Shown one piece after another: positions 63,193 to 64,000 of a stretch of DNA of 64,000 bases; the first letter of the stretch is position 1, and each line of letters starts with the position of its first letter. The notes beneath the pieces are model-generated. The model saw nothing but the letters and a program-made list of their open reading frames with translations, did no database searches and had not been told where the DNA came from. Origin of the DNA: Ignavibacteria bacterium (GTDB lineage: Bacteria > Bacteroidota > Ignavibacteria > UBA10030 > SZUA-254); NCBI GenBank assembly GCA_031379665.1, contig JANNFI010000080.1:31376-95375 (forward strand). The letters are read 5' to 3'. Both the position numbers and the translations under genes were made by a program.

Positions 63193-63404
63193 GGCAGTAC
63201 CCCTATAATGTGAACGACGAATGGCTCCCGTTTTACGGGGGCGGGACGTAACGTGGAAAAGTAGGTAAAATTGAATTCATTGTAAAGCGAATACCAAACG
63301 ATAGACAGGCACTTCCGACGGGGCCCGTAATCGGGGTATTTGATTCGCGATTGCCGCTTTCGAACATTTCGTCCGGTCAATTTCCCGAACGAATGGAACC
63401 CCTT

Positions 63405-64000
63405 ATGCCCGCCCGATCTAAACTCCTTTGTACGATCGTCGTCCTGCTCACGATCCTGATCCCGCCTGCCGCCTCCGCGGGCGACACAGGCCAGGATTCG
63501 GTGGTCGTCAGCCCGGATTCCACATTCCTGAAACTCTGGAAAAAACGCCGTCCGTTCGTGGAGTTCGGATACAGGATCGACTGGGCCCGCCACAAACGCC
63601 TCGAGGCCGAATTCCCGTCCACCGGGTTAATGGAATTCAGGGCCGGGTACCTCCGGATCGATACGCTCGACAACGGGCTCCTCTCGTTCGACCGCAGTTT
63701 CCTGACGGGCACCTGGTACGATGCAAACCTGGGCGGCGGAACCGGGGGAACCGCAGGATTGAGCGGCAAGCTCACCCGTTTCGGAATGGGTAACGAAGAG
63801 AGCTATGGTTATGACCTCGCGGGTTCCTCCCTCGTCCCGTACTTCCTCTCGTCCATTTCGTGGACCGAACTCAAGACCGGCCGGCACATTTCCCTGTCGA
63901 GGAGCTATGAAGCCGGCGTCGTCTATCCGAGAATCGTTTTCTGGGAGTTGATGGGGAGTTATGTGGTGGTCGGCCTCGCGAACGGAATCGTCACCTGGTT
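63405..64000 (+). CDS. 5' part of a secreted hypothetical protein (runs off the window, so it is absent from the ORF track)
   Basis: ATG 63405 opens a frame that stays open to 64000 (198 codons translated by hand, no stop). Signal peptide MPARSKLLCTIVVLLTILIPPAASA. High GC3. Confidence 0.5.
   Translation, partial: MPARSKLLCTIVVLLTILIPPAASAGDTGQDSVVVSPDSTFLKLWKKRRPFVEFGYRIDWARHKRLEAEFPSTGLMEFRAGYLRIDTLDNGLLSFDRSFLTGTWYDANLGGGTGGTAGLSGKLTRFGMGNEESYGYDLAGSSLVPYFLSSISWTELKTGRHISLSRSYEAGVVYPRIVFWELMGSYVVVGLANGIVTW

Overview
High-GC bacterial chromosomal segment (hand counts give about 65-72% G+C in typical genes). It probably comes from a T9SS-bearing member of the FCB superphylum: four proteins end in the NYPNPFNP-type Por_Secre_tail sorting domain. 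Several intergenic regions carry Bacteroidota-style TTG-N19-21-TAnnTT promoter-like boxes, yet strong AGGAGG Shine-Dalgarno sites are also present. Gene content, left to right: (1) tail of an NtrC-type regulator, two T9SS cargo proteins, a methyltransferase and a low-GC lipoprotein gene. (2) A ~22 kb minus-strand, translationally coupled glycan-degradation operon (3880-25789) with a GHMP kinase, nucleotidyltransferase, GH20, a clear PNGase F homologue, GH29, GH38-like, GH35, an NPP-type phosphodiesterase, GH27, AraF/AraH-like ABC components with no ATPase, and a long NagB-LmbE fusion. (3) A coiled-coil lipoprotein, an HExxH lipoprotein and a 1-Cys peroxiredoxin. (4) An OmpR-type two-component pair divergent from a PDZ / NEW3-like / ABC-2 exporter operon, with a convergent TonB-dependent receptor. 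(5) A tricorn-like protease, a decayed PAP2/haloperoxidase-like pseudogene, YihY and an RRM protein. (6) A small regulatory island with two tandem orphan NarL-type regulators, small ORFs and a DUF1508 gene, each preceded by the same ~30 nt element at identical spacing from promoter-like boxes. (7) prfC and a LytS-type propeller kinase with a LytTR regulator and a receiver-only paralogue. (8) A cation/proton antiporter, a 1890-aa beta-helix T9SS cargo protein and further secreted proteins. I saw no rRNA, tRNA, CRISPR, transposase/integrase or recognisable defence genes. The best candidates for something undescribed are the SusCD-less PNGase F operon with its unusual accessories, the PDZ/NEW3/ABC-2 module, and the thrice-repeated promoter-proximal element. 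All family calls come from motifs read by eye and need HMM/BLAST confirmation.
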